In this document: one piece after another, positions 17,407 through 26,127 of the stretch | Layout of the letters: each line of letters opens with the position of its first letter | Position numbering within the stretch: position 1 is the first letter of the stretch | Position numbers and translations under genes: made by a program | Notes under the pieces: generated by a model | Told to the model about the DNA's origin: nothing | Seen by the model: the letters and a program-made list of their open reading frames with translations, nothing else | Databases searched by the model: none | Source of the DNA: a virus | Lineage: Duplodnaviria > Heunggongvirae > Uroviricota > Caudoviricetes | Length of the DNA: 64,000 bases | IMG/VR virus record: IMGVR_UViG_3300026549_000001 | Coordinates: 122,569 to 186,568 of that record | Direction: 5' to 3' (one strand)

Positions 17407-18360
17407 TTAGTCAATTCGAGATAAACTATTGCCTGAACGAATTGCATTAATACAATATAGATTGCAAATATCTATATCAGCTTGACGAAGTGCAATTCCC
17501 CATTCCGAAGCAATACATAGCCAAGTGTAGCAATAATCTTCTATATTGACATCTGGTAGCCAATCTGCGGGAGCTTTATCTCCCTTACTCCTATTGGATT
17601 TATACCAAACATCTACGCCTATATTTTGTGAATAAGCATATTCGTTACACTTTTCATTAGACCATTCTTCTATTTCCCCATATTTGTAAACATATCCTAA
17701 TGCTATAATATGGTCGAAATCTAATTTAGTTTCAGCATCTACTGTTAATCCTGTATATGGGCAATGATAATTAAATGGTTCTTCACTTACAAGATATTCA
17801 CTTGTAACCCAAGCGTAATCGTGCCTATTGTATTTCCTACCATTATACTCGTAAGTATGTGTTGGTTTTTCAAATACTTCTCTATCATATCCACTTCTTG
17901 CTTTACCGCTTGATACTCTTATAGAGGCTATAAGTGTATTTAGTTCTTCTATTGTTGATATACTTTGCGTATTAGGTGTGCCTATTGGTTGTTCCGTATT
18001 TACAGGTTGTTCCGTTTCTATTGGAGTATCTGTAATTTCAGGAGATGTAGTATCAATGGGCGTAATGGTTGGAGTTTCAATAGGAGCAGTCGGATTTTCA
18101 GTATGTGTGTCTGTTTCTATGGGTGTAGAAGTTTCTATTGGTTTATCTGTTTCCTCGGCACTTACTATAATAGAGCCTGTATTTCCACCAATAGGTAAAC
18201 TTATATTTATGCCTAATTTTTCTGCAAGCGGCATAAACACTTCAACGGGATTTTTAAATTGAATATCGGTGGCAAACTGTTTTATAGTTGTACCGCCTAA
18301 ATATAAAATCCCCATAAAAATCAGACAAATAATAATCCATCCGATTAATTTGCGTATCAT
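17407..18360 (-). CDS. membrane-anchored DUF1524/GmrSD-C type HNH nuclease
   Basis: N-terminal TM, Pro/Thr/Glu-rich linker, then CPYTG, DFDHIIAL, SNRSKGDKAPADWLP, YCYTW. Confidence 0.8.
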   Translation of the reverse strand: MIRKLIGWIIICLIFMGILYLGGTTIKQFATDIQFKNPVEVFMPLAEKLGINISLPIGGNTGSIIVSAEETDKPIETSTPIETDTHTENPTAPIETPTITPIDTTSPEITDTPIETEQPVNTEQPIGTPNTQSISTIEELNTLIASIRVSSGKARSGYDREVFEKPTHTYEYNGRKYNRHDYAWVTSEYLVSEEPFNYHCPYTGLTVDAETKLDFDHIIALGYVYKYGEIEEWSNEKCNEYAYSQNIGVDVWYKSNRSKGDKAPADWLPDVNIEDYCYTWLCIASEWGIALRQADIDICNLYCINAIRSGNSLSRID

Positions 18361-18372
18361 ATAAATAGCTCC

Positions 18373-18825
18373 TTATTTATTTATCAAAGTTCCTCCAAGC
18401 AAATGTAGTCCTATAACATTTACGGTTTCCATAAAATCTTCCACGGTGGGACAGTCATTTTTTGTTATTGGAGAAACATATATAACTTTATCTGTTTCCG
18501 CAATCCATTGTTGCTTTTCATTTAAGGTAATATTTAATGTAGTACCACTATCTGTTCCAAATGATAATATAAACGGAGAAACAAGTTTATAGGTTCGGAG
18601 AGCAGTAAAATAATCTGAACCATCTGATTCAGTTTCTTCCACATTTTGTAATTCAAAACCCTTTACATTCATTATATAGTCTAATCTTGAATGTGTATGT
18701 TTCCAATCTCCCTCACATTCTATAACTAACGGACAAATTTTTTCAACAGAAAACCGTCCGCCGCCTTTTAATTCATCACTATTGAAAAGTTCTTGTAATG
18801 TTTCTATAATAATTTGTTCGTTCAT
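18373..18825 (-). CDS. hypothetical protein
   Basis: ORF track. Confidence 0.55.
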   Translation of the reverse strand: MNEQIIIETLQELFNSDELKGGGRFSVEKICPLVIECEGDWKHTHSRLDYIMNVKGFELQNVEETESDGSDYFTALRTYKLVSPFILSFGTDSGTTLNITLNEKQQWIAETDKVIYVSPITKNDCPTVEDFMETVNVIGLHLLGGTLINK

Positions 18826-18827
18826 TG

Positions 18828-19199
18828 TTATTCGTACCTTTCAATTATGCCTAAATAAAGTTGGATTTGCGGCAATTTTGTATCTGCATTTGTAATACAA
18901 CAATCACTCACATATACACGATACCCCAAACCTACTCTCTCTTGCAAGCTAATAGAGTTCAGTAATTCTTGAGAAGAAACAACCTCTCCATTCTTATCAA
19001 TAATATTTCCATTTCTATCTCGGACATATTCAATTAGTTTTTCTTTAAACTCCTCAAAATCTCTTATAGTATTACCATAATCGCCACCAATGGCATATCC
19101 ATAAAACTGCACACCTAACCCTACTCTTGCAATAAATCCATAACGATTTAGTGTACCATTCAACTCACTTACCATATCAAAAAATTCTGTTATTGTCAT
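18828..19199 (-). CDS. MTITEFF-family small protein
   Basis: N-terminus MTITEFFDMVSELNGTLNRYGF, paralogous to 23044-23379. Confidence 0.65.
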   Translation of the reverse strand: MTITEFFDMVSELNGTLNRYGFIARVGLGVQFYGYAIGGDYGNTIRDFEEFKEKLIEYVRDRNGNIIDKNGEVVSSQELLNSISLQERVGLGYRVYVSDCCITNADTKLPQIQLYLGIIERYE

Positions 19200-19247
19200 A
19201 ATATATTTTTCTTTCTTATTATTAAATAGGTTAAATTTATGTATATA

Positions 19248-19505
19248 TTATCTCATAAAATCTCTTGATGGAAGTCTAAAAATATAAACCTCTTGTTCAT
19301 CATTGCAGATTCTATCTATACCATTTCGCATCAAAGACTGCTCCGCTTGTTTATATTCTTTATCTGATACCCACGATAATTCAATAGGCATCCCAACTAT
19401 AATGGCTTTTTGAGCCTTTAACGCCATTTTCAAATCATCAAATATTGGTAGAATTTCAATTTCATCATCAATATTTCTTGATACTACAAGAAAATGCTCT
19501 TTCAT
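19248..19505 (-). CDS. hypothetical protein
   Basis: ORF track. Confidence 0.55.
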   Translation of the reverse strand: MKEHFLVVSRNIDDEIEILPIFDDLKMALKAQKAIIVGMPIELSWVSDKEYKQAEQSLMRNGIDRICNDEQEVYIFRLPSRDFMR

Positions 19506-19515
19506 ATTTCACCCC

Positions 19516-19821
19516 TTATTCTATTTCTCGCACTTTATAATAATCTTTTTCTTCTATATACTGCAAATTCTTTGGTCGTATTTTTTCTGCTGTTCTACGA
19601 TTACAACTATGACAAGGATATAAAATACAGTTTTTTGCCCCCAAGTTATGTTGACATCCTTTACAGTCAATAGAGGCATCCTTTTCAGATAAAAAAGCTA
19701 TAGCATCAAACCAATTGATTTGTGCTTTTTTACACATCCTTGCTAATTCAAAAGATGATATTTTACCGTATAGGTGTTTATGCCATCCCGTTAATTTTCG
19801 TCTATCTTTATCTGTCAACAT
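19516..19821 (-). CDS. small Cys-rich (CKGC...PCxxC) protein
   Basis: Start reassigned to MLTDK after GGAG; paralogue of 33794-34069. Confidence 0.6.
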   Translation of the reverse strand: MLTDKDRRKLTGWHKHLYGKISSFELARMCKKAQINWFDAIAFLSEKDASIDCKGCQHNLGAKNCILYPCHSCNRRTAEKIRPKNLQYIEEKDYYKVREIE

Positions 19822-19830
19822 TTTTCTCCT

Positions 19831-19853
19831 ATTGAAAAACAATTTGGTCTATT
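19831..19853. repeat. 23-bp direct repeat, copy 1 (copy 2 at 21285-21307)
   Basis: ATTGAAAAACAATTTGGTCTATT vs ATTGAAAAACGATTTGGTCTATT, one mismatch. Confidence 0.85.
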
Positions 19854-19890
19854 TGATTATAAACCTTAACGAAAGATGTATAACTACAAC

Positions 19891-19936
19891 TCATAGTAAC
19901 AATCAAAAAATACATTGTTTCTATAAGTAGCATAGA
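19891..19936. repeat. inverted repeat, copy 1 (copy 2 at 21362-21406); 21-bp perfect core 19916-19936
   Basis: The reverse complement of 19916-19936 is TCTATGCTACTTATAGAAACA, identical to + strand 21362-21382; a further TGATTGTTACT match lies beyond it. Confidence 0.9.
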
Positions 19937-19983
19937 TAATTTGTACTTTTGTGTATATTTAAAAAGACTTTGTTCTATCAATC

Positions 19984-21207
19984 TTAAAAAATAAGATTTA
20001 CCCGAAATGGGTTCATTACTAACCCTATATCTGCTGGCTTTATAGCATCACAGAATACTTTTTTCATAATCTGATATGCGGCATTGACATCTGCATTTAT
20101 CAGCTTTCCACCATTCGACTTAAACAACCCTCGTTTAACTCGTCTACTAATATTATAATCTTCTTTAATTGGTAATTCATTATCTAAAAAACTTGTTCCC
20201 GAAGTATAACTTTCTTCTGTAAGAATCATTTCAATTCCAACTTCTTGACATTTGTATGCAAGTTTTTGAATAAATAAATTGTAAGGAATTTGAACAAAAT
20301 TTTTTAATCTACTATTTTGTTTTTGACCATCATTTTTACCAACTACAATAGCTGTAATTCCAAGAGCTAAACACTTTTCTACTATGTATTTACTGGCTTT
20401 ATCTATGAAATGTTTTACTTTATCATTTCTTTTATTCGTAATAGAATAAAGTAAGTGACTATATCCATAATTACCATTTTTATCTAATTCTGATTTTGTT
20501 TGAGCAATTAGCTTGTTGTAATATTGATTACAAGATTTAAGACCTTTACCATTGATGATAATTGGTTTATTTCCTAAATTATCAACAAAAGTTACGAAGT
20601 TATCTAAACCCAAATCTATACTGCCAACAAAACCATTTTCTTTAACAAAATCAGGAATATTAATTGTATAAATTAATTCAACTATAATTCTATCATTCCT
20701 CGGAACAACCCTACACTGATTAAATTGAACCAATCCATCATCGTAAATAAACTGTGGTTGAATAGTAAATCCTTTCATAGATTTTGGAAAATGTACTAAA
20801 TTATCATTTTTAAGTCTAACTTGTTGAGTCGTTAAAGCAAATTCAGTTAATCCATCTTTCTTGAGATACTTGGGCAGTTTTGGCATTCCCGTATACTTAT
20901 GGGGATTTTTCTTCCAATCTTTAATAATAGCAAAAAATGATTTCCAGTTTTTATCTAATCTACGAAGAACTTGCTGACCCGAATTAGCTAAATTCCATTC
21001 CCAATAATCTGGATAGTCTGTGTTATTTTTAACTAACTTTTCAACTTCAATATAGCGTAGCCATTTACCGTTTTTAGTAAATTCTTGACGAATGAGATAA
21101 TTACCATGATTATAGATATTTTTAGCGATATGACATTTTTCTTCAAGCATTTTATACCATTTGGATTGTCTATTTATGATATGCTGTTCTGTTCTTCGTA
21201 CTAACAT
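19984..21207 (-). mobile_element. tnpB: standalone TnpB (IS200/IS605 superfamily, IS1341-like, no TnpA)
   Basis: RuvC-I SIDLGLDN, RuvC-II TEESYTS, RuvC-III INADVNAAYQI all intact; LPKYLKK and WKSFF motifs; strong RBS AAAGGAGG. Confidence 0.92.
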
Positions 21208-21282
21208 TTCGACCTCCTTTCTATAAGATTTTTATAAATAATATAAACATTTATTATATATATTCTTCTCATATTATTTCTA

Positions 21283-21489
21283 TCATTGAAAAACGATTTG
21301 GTCTATTCTATCTCTATAAAAGCTAAATTGTATTTTTGAACCAATAAATAATTCCCTATAGTCTATGCTACTTATAGAAACAGTATATTGTTGATTGTTA
21401 CTTTGAATGGTAATAATATTATCCTCACACATTCCATTATCTCCAAGAGAATATGTGGTTTCCATATCAATAATTACACCATTAAGCAT
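21283..21489 (-). CDS. hypothetical protein (carries the inverted and direct repeat copies)
   Basis: ORF track; ends IDQIVFQ. Confidence 0.55.
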   Translation of the reverse strand: MLNGVIIDMETTYSLGDNGMCEDNIITIQSNNQQYTVSISSIDYRELFIGSKIQFSFYRDRIDQIVFQ

Positions 21490-21492
21490 AGA

Positions 21493-21696
21493 CTATTGCT
21501 CCTTTTCATAATGTTCATAGAATGGATGTGAACAGTCCTTCAAATACTCACAATTAAACTCACATCCGTAAACATAATAACTATGTTTACAAGTCTTACA
21601 TTTATCACAAATTTTATCGTGCAACATAGCTAACTCTTTACTGTTAAATTCTGCCCCGCATAGGGAACATATATATCTTATTGCTGTTGTAATCAT
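21493..21696 (-). CDS. small Cys-rich zinc-finger-like protein
   Basis: YICSLCGAEF...H, CxxCxxC motifs. Confidence 0.55.
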   Translation of the reverse strand: MITTAIRYICSLCGAEFNSKELAMLHDKICDKCKTCKHSYYVYGCEFNCEYLKDCSHPFYEHYEKEQ

Positions 21697-21700
21697 ATTT

Positions 21701-21994
21701 TTATACCATTGGAGTAATTGTCACTTCAATAGAAACTGTATCATATAATTGATAACATTTACTATTTGTTTCTGAATAACTATACCCATCAAAGAAGCCA
21801 TCTTTTTCTGAACAATATTGCAAGCCTTTATTTTGACACCACTCCATGAACTCTGACAATTCATTTACTCTGTCTTTTTCAAACGCATCTGTATCAAACT
21901 TATGAAAATGAGCTTCACAGACTACATCAAAATCCAAGTCTATGCAAGCTCTTTGTAATATTGAAAGTTTATCAAAAAATTCTGCAACTGTCAT
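21701..21994 (-). CDS. MTITEFF-family small protein
   Basis: N-terminus MTVAEFFDKL. Confidence 0.6.
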   Translation of the reverse strand: MTVAEFFDKLSILQRACIDLDFDVVCEAHFHKFDTDAFEKDRVNELSEFMEWCQNKGLQYCSEKDGFFDGYSYSETNSKCYQLYDTVSIEVTITPMV

Positions 21995-22015
21995 TATACA
22001 CCTCTTTATAAAATT

Positions 22016-22369
22016 TCAACTTTTCCTTATTGCAAAATGTACTACCATTTGAATATAATTCAAACGATACTCTGGATTATGATAGCTACCCATAAACACA
22101 CGAGAAGAATCATCCTCTACCTCTACCACTTCTTCAAGATGTACTTGACACATCTCATCTATATTTATTGGAAAAGAAAAATTTAGATTTCCTACAGCTT
22201 CTTTAAAGAGGTCAAGTGTACGGATATGTATACCGTTTCCTATATATCCGCCATTATTACCGTCTGTATATTTTCTAAAACGAATATAAGTATATACCCT
22301 AAACCCAAATGGAGTAAGACTCTTATCCAATTCCTTTACTTTTTCAAAATACTCATTTAAATTGCTCAT
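22016..22369 (-). CDS. MTITEFF-family small protein
   Basis: N-terminus MSNLNEYFEKVKELDKSLTPFGF. Confidence 0.6.
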   Translation of the reverse strand: MSNLNEYFEKVKELDKSLTPFGFRVYTYIRFRKYTDGNNGGYIGNGIHIRTLDLFKEAVGNLNFSFPINIDEMCQVHLEEVVEVEDDSSRVFMGSYHNPEYRLNYIQMVVHFAIRKS

Positions 22370-22384
22370 AAACTCTCCTCTATG

Positions 22385-22654
22385 TTAATCTATACTCAAC
22401 ACCAAAGCCAAATTATCAGTTATCCAAAATAGTATCTCATTGCTGTTCGTGTAGGTTATGTTAGCAATCGGTTCTTTCCCACGCAACATTCTCGCGTTAT
22501 GTGTGGATAAAAACAAATTCAAGCTCTCAATGGTAGCAACTTGAGCAGAAGATATACTGCATCCTTCATTATATGAATATTCTACATTTAAAGTTAATGG
22601 TTTAATATATGGGGAAAAATATTCAAAAATCTTAAAAACATCTCTTACAGTCAT
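22385..22654 (-). CDS. MTITEFF-family-like small protein
   Basis: N-terminus MTVRDVFKIF. Confidence 0.55.
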   Translation of the reverse strand: MTVRDVFKIFEYFSPYIKPLTLNVEYSYNEGCSISSAQVATIESLNLFLSTHNARMLRGKEPIANITYTNSNEILFWITDNLALVLSID

Positions 22655-22685
22655 TAGTATTATTTCCCTTTACAATTTATAATAA

Positions 22686-23030
22686 TCAGTCTTGGTCGAT
22701 ATACAGATTGAGAGATAGATAGTCGCTTACCTTATATATAATGACATTATCTTCTGGATTATTATAATACCCATAACTAACTACATCAACAATACATTCT
22801 GTGCCATCTAATGCGGATTTTTCTCCAAAAATATGAGTTGCCGCATCTTCATCTACATCCTTTAGCCAAGTCAATTCACCATTTAACTCCGCAAGCGTGT
22901 CAACAGGCTCATAGTCGTTACTGCAACCATCATTATACCAATAATCTACCATTAGTGTAAAGGTTATGGAATTTCCTTTGCTGATTTCCCGCAAATGTGT
23001 CAAGTTTTGAAAAATATCATTAATTGTCAT
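22686..23030 (-). CDS. MTITEFF-family-like small protein
   Basis: N-terminus MTINDIFQNL. Confidence 0.55.
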   Translation of the reverse strand: MTINDIFQNLTHLREISKGNSITFTLMVDYWYNDGCSNDYEPVDTLAELNGELTWLKDVDEDAATHIFGEKSALDGTECIVDVVSYGYYNNPEDNVIIYKVSDYLSLNLYIDQD

Positions 23031-23043
23031 TCTACACTTCCTC

Positions 23044-23379
23044 TCATAACTTTGTTAGGTGAACAGTTAAGAATATATTAACTTGCTCCTTTGATGGTAG
23101 GGTAGCTATGGCTACATATTGTTTTTCATTTTCATTCATACAAGTTACTTCTTCAAATACCAATGTTTTTGAAAATGATTCTATATTCCAATACGGAATA
23201 TTCTCTTGCACAAAAGCGTATAACTCATTATGAAACCCATCAACAGTTAAGACTGTCTTTGTATCATGTACCATAGACTTCTCTATACTGAAAAAGCAAA
23301 CAGTTAATGCACGAAAATCATAACGATTTAATGTGCTGTTGATGTCTTGTATCATATCAAAATATTCTGTAATAGTCAT
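23044..23379 (-). CDS. MTITEFF-family small protein
   Basis: N-terminus MTITEYFDMIQDINSTLNRYDF. Confidence 0.65.
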   Translation of the reverse strand: MTITEYFDMIQDINSTLNRYDFRALTVCFFSIEKSMVHDTKTVLTVDGFHNELYAFVQENIPYWNIESFSKTLVFEEVTCMNENEKQYVAIATLPSKEQVNIFLTVHLTKL

Positions 23380-23389
23380 AAAAAATTTC

Positions 23390-23683
23390 CTAATATAAAC
23401 TCGAAGCTAATTTAGAGATAACCTTATTAGTTTTCTTATCCTTCAAGGTTATGTCTCCCGCATTATACTCTATAAAACATTGTTCATTCTGTATCATATC
23501 TAAAATAGATTTTCTAAACCACATAGTAAGAGTATATATATTTGGGTAATCTTCCACATACCCATATTCAATCTCTACAATATCTCCCCCGCCATGCGCT
23601 TCCTTTAGCTTTTTTGTGGAACATTCTATCCATTCAGAAGGAGAATAATAATGATAAATCATTCCCATAATATATACCTCCAA
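23390..23683 (-). CDS. hypothetical protein
   Basis: ORF track. Confidence 0.55.
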   Translation of the reverse strand: MEVYIMGMIYHYYSPSEWIECSTKKLKEAHGGGDIVEIEYGYVEDYPNIYTLTMWFRKSILDMIQNEQCFIEYNAGDITLKDKKTNKVISKLASSLY

Positions 23684-23691
23684 ATAAAAGA

Positions 23692-24312
23692 TTATATCCT
23701 ACGGAAAATACTATCATCAGCAGGGACAAACTCTTTTTGCCACTCTCGCTCGGTTACAGTAAAATATCCTCTTACAATATCAGGCATCAGCTTCTTATTA
23801 AACACATAACAACGGTTATTTTTGGAAGTAGGCAATTTATACCAATATTTTTCAACTATATCCTCAAACGCAAACTTATCATCTATAGTTTTTACACTTA
23901 CTGACAATCCATCTATTTCATCTCTAATAGAATGTCCATCTTCAAAATATTCATACAGTTCTTCCGCATTAGCATATAATATTACTCTTTTTATGTTAGA
24001 GTAATGTTCTTTTAACCATTCTGCTATTGCAACAGGATTGGAATATACAACAGGCTCACCACCCGTAATACAAACGGTATGTGCTTCTTTCAGTTCCTCA
24101 TCTGTAACTTGGGGAACATCATCAAGAGAATAGAAACGGTTACAGCAATACTTACAATGACGATTACACAAACTTGTAACCATCAAATGAATAACACCTT
24201 TTGTTTTTTCGTTCCTATCATTTAATTGGATTGCTTTACGAGTTTTTTTTGAAATCATATATTTATTTTCTCCATACAAACAAAAAACATTATTGAGGCA
24301 GATATTTAGCAA
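23692..24312 (-). CDS. short radical SAM protein
   Basis: CNRHCKYC cluster motif, ITGGEP; likely start at MISKK (24258). Confidence 0.8.
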   Translation of the reverse strand: MLNICLNNVFCLYGENKYMISKKTRKAIQLNDRNEKTKGVIHLMVTSLCNRHCKYCCNRFYSLDDVPQVTDEELKEAHTVCITGGEPVVYSNPVAIAEWLKEHYSNIKRVILYANAEELYEYFEDGHSIRDEIDGLSVSVKTIDDKFAFEDIVEKYWYKLPTSKNNRCYVFNKKLMPDIVRGYFTVTEREWQKEFVPADDSIFRRI

Positions 24313-24695
24313 ATAACACCATCTATATATATGTCCAATTCTACCTGTAAAGGTATATGCTTATACCAAATGTTGAACCTTATTCCATGAGTATATAAAT
24401 CTACCTCATGGTTTTCAGATATTTCTGTAAAATGGGGGAACGCATCACCAAGAACTGTTTGCAAATCTGTAAGGTTATTTATTGGGTGTCCTAACCTTGC
24501 TTCTGCCGCCCAAGATGGAGAATAACTCAATTCTTTGTACTTATCGTCCTCCATCCAATCAAATAGCCCCTCATCGGGAATACCGAATTCATACTCTTCC
24601 CCACAGTCGCCAAGTTGTAGCTTACACGGCTTATTAAAAGCGGCAAGCGAACTTTTGAGAAACATATAATTCTCGAAAAATTCTGTTATTGTCAT
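24306..24695 (-). CDS. MTITEFF-family small protein
   Basis: N-terminus MTITEFFENY. Confidence 0.6.
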   Translation of the reverse strand: MTITEFFENYMFLKSSLAAFNKPCKLQLGDCGEEYEFGIPDEGLFDWMEDDKYKELSYSPSWAAEARLGHPINNLTDLQTVLGDAFPHFTEISENHEVDLYTHGIRFNIWYKHIPLQVELDIYIDGVIC

Positions 24696-24702
24696 AATCC
24701 CA

Positions 24703-25488
24703 TTACTCCTTTATCATCTGTCGAAACTCATCTTCTGATATAACAGGAATATTCAATTCTCTTGCTTTCTTCATTTTAGAAGATGTAGAATTTTTATCAT
24801 TACAGATTAGATAGTCCGTTGATTTTCCAATAGATGCTACTTTTCCACCGTGAGCTTCTATAAGTTTTACAATATTATCTCTTTTATCTGAAAGTGTTCC
24901 TGTAATACAAAAGGTTTTATCTGTAAGATTTCCACTTACAGACTGCTTGATGGTAATATATTCCATAACTTTATCCATCTCACTATAATCAGCGGATAGA
25001 ATAGCTTGAGATATTTTAGTGCCTATACCCTTTATATTTTCAAAAGGATAGTTATTCCTTACTGCGTTCCTAAAATCCTCATAAGTGGAAAAGTATTTAC
25101 ACAACAACTTCGCTGTATGTTTTTCAACACCGTTAATTCCACAAACGGCAATTATTCTCCACAATTCAACAGAAGTAGGAATACTATCAAGAATTTTATC
25201 TACCGAAGCACTTCCAAAGCCCCTACAAGATTTCCACGCTTCTCTATGTTCCTTCAAACGGAATATATCACTAAAAGAATTTACATAACCTTGTTCAATG
25301 AGAAAATCAATAGTTGCAGTTGAAAGGCTTTCTATAGAAAGCCCGTTTGCTCCTATGAACTGCAAAAGCCGTCCTCTAAATTTTGCGGGGCAGATAGGAT
25401 TGATGCACCTCAATACCTCCGAACTATTTAGTTTTTCTATAATTACTTCCTGTGAGCAAGCAGGGCAATGTGTAGGTATTTCAAACAT
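24703..25488 (-). CDS. ligA: NAD-dependent DNA ligase, C-terminal half (Zn finger, HhH, BRCT)
   Basis: IPTHCPAC...RCINPICPA, HhH motifs GFGSAS/GINGVE/GIGTK, BRCT KTFCITGTL...GGKV...TDYLI...KMKKARELNIPVISE; own RBS AGGAG. Confidence 0.9.
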   Translation of the reverse strand: MFEIPTHCPACSQEVIIEKLNSSEVLRCINPICPAKFRGRLLQFIGANGLSIESLSTATIDFLIEQGYVNSFSDIFRLKEHREAWKSCRGFGSASVDKILDSIPTSVELWRIIAVCGINGVEKHTAKLLCKYFSTYEDFRNAVRNNYPFENIKGIGTKISQAILSADYSEMDKVMEYITIKQSVSGNLTDKTFCITGTLSDKRDNIVKLIEAHGGKVASIGKSTDYLICNDKNSTSSKMKKARELNIPVISEDEFRQMIKE

Positions 25489-25500
25489 CGTTATCTCCTC

Positions 25501-26058
25501 TTAAAATTTTTCATTTATCTTACCGTACAAAATACGCAAGGCTGTTGAAAGGTCAGGGCAATTGTGGTTGTCCACTTTTACTGCGGGAGCGGTCTGTATA
25601 TATGAAACACTTGCCTTTTCGCTTGTAGGTAGATAAATTACCTCGTCAACAAGGTCGCTTAAATATTTACAAGCAACATCGGGAGCAAATGCTATTACAT
25701 TTATTATACCTTCCAACACATAATAAGCATCTTCAAGGTTGTGCATCGGAATACTATTGAGCAGTAGGGAAAGCCTATCGTCTGTATTCCTCTTAATATT
25801 AAATAGACTATTTTTGTCTATTTTGAGATTGCCGCACTCTTCCGTAGGTTTACTTATGATTGGCAAAACATGAGTTCCTTCATTCTGCCACAAAGAGTAA
25901 TCCTTGTAAGATGTGAACAGTTCCATAGACGAAGGGTAGAAAAACGCCCTTATAGCAAATCCATTAGATTCAACACAATCATACAAGGTAGTAGCCTGTC
26001 CAAGATATACCATCGGCTCACCCTTTATAATATATACAGCTCCCGTTATCATAAACAA
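25501..26058 (-). CDS. hypothetical protein
   Basis: ORF track. Confidence 0.6.
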   Translation of the reverse strand: MFMITGAVYIIKGEPMVYLGQATTLYDCVESNGFAIRAFFYPSSMELFTSYKDYSLWQNEGTHVLPIISKPTEECGNLKIDKNSLFNIKRNTDDRLSLLLNSIPMHNLEDAYYVLEGIINVIAFAPDVACKYLSDLVDEVIYLPTSEKASVSYIQTAPAVKVDNHNCPDLSTALRILYGKINEKF

Positions 26059-26081
26059 AACTCCTTTATTTTGATATTCTT

Positions 26082-26110
26082 ATTATATCAGAATAAAAGA
26101 GCGTTGTCAA
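26082..26110 (-). promoter_or_regulatory. sigmaA-type promoter driving the unit that contains ligA-C
   Basis: TTGACA-17-TATAAT. Confidence 0.75.
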
Positions 26111-26127
26111 TAATTTAATTAATATAT

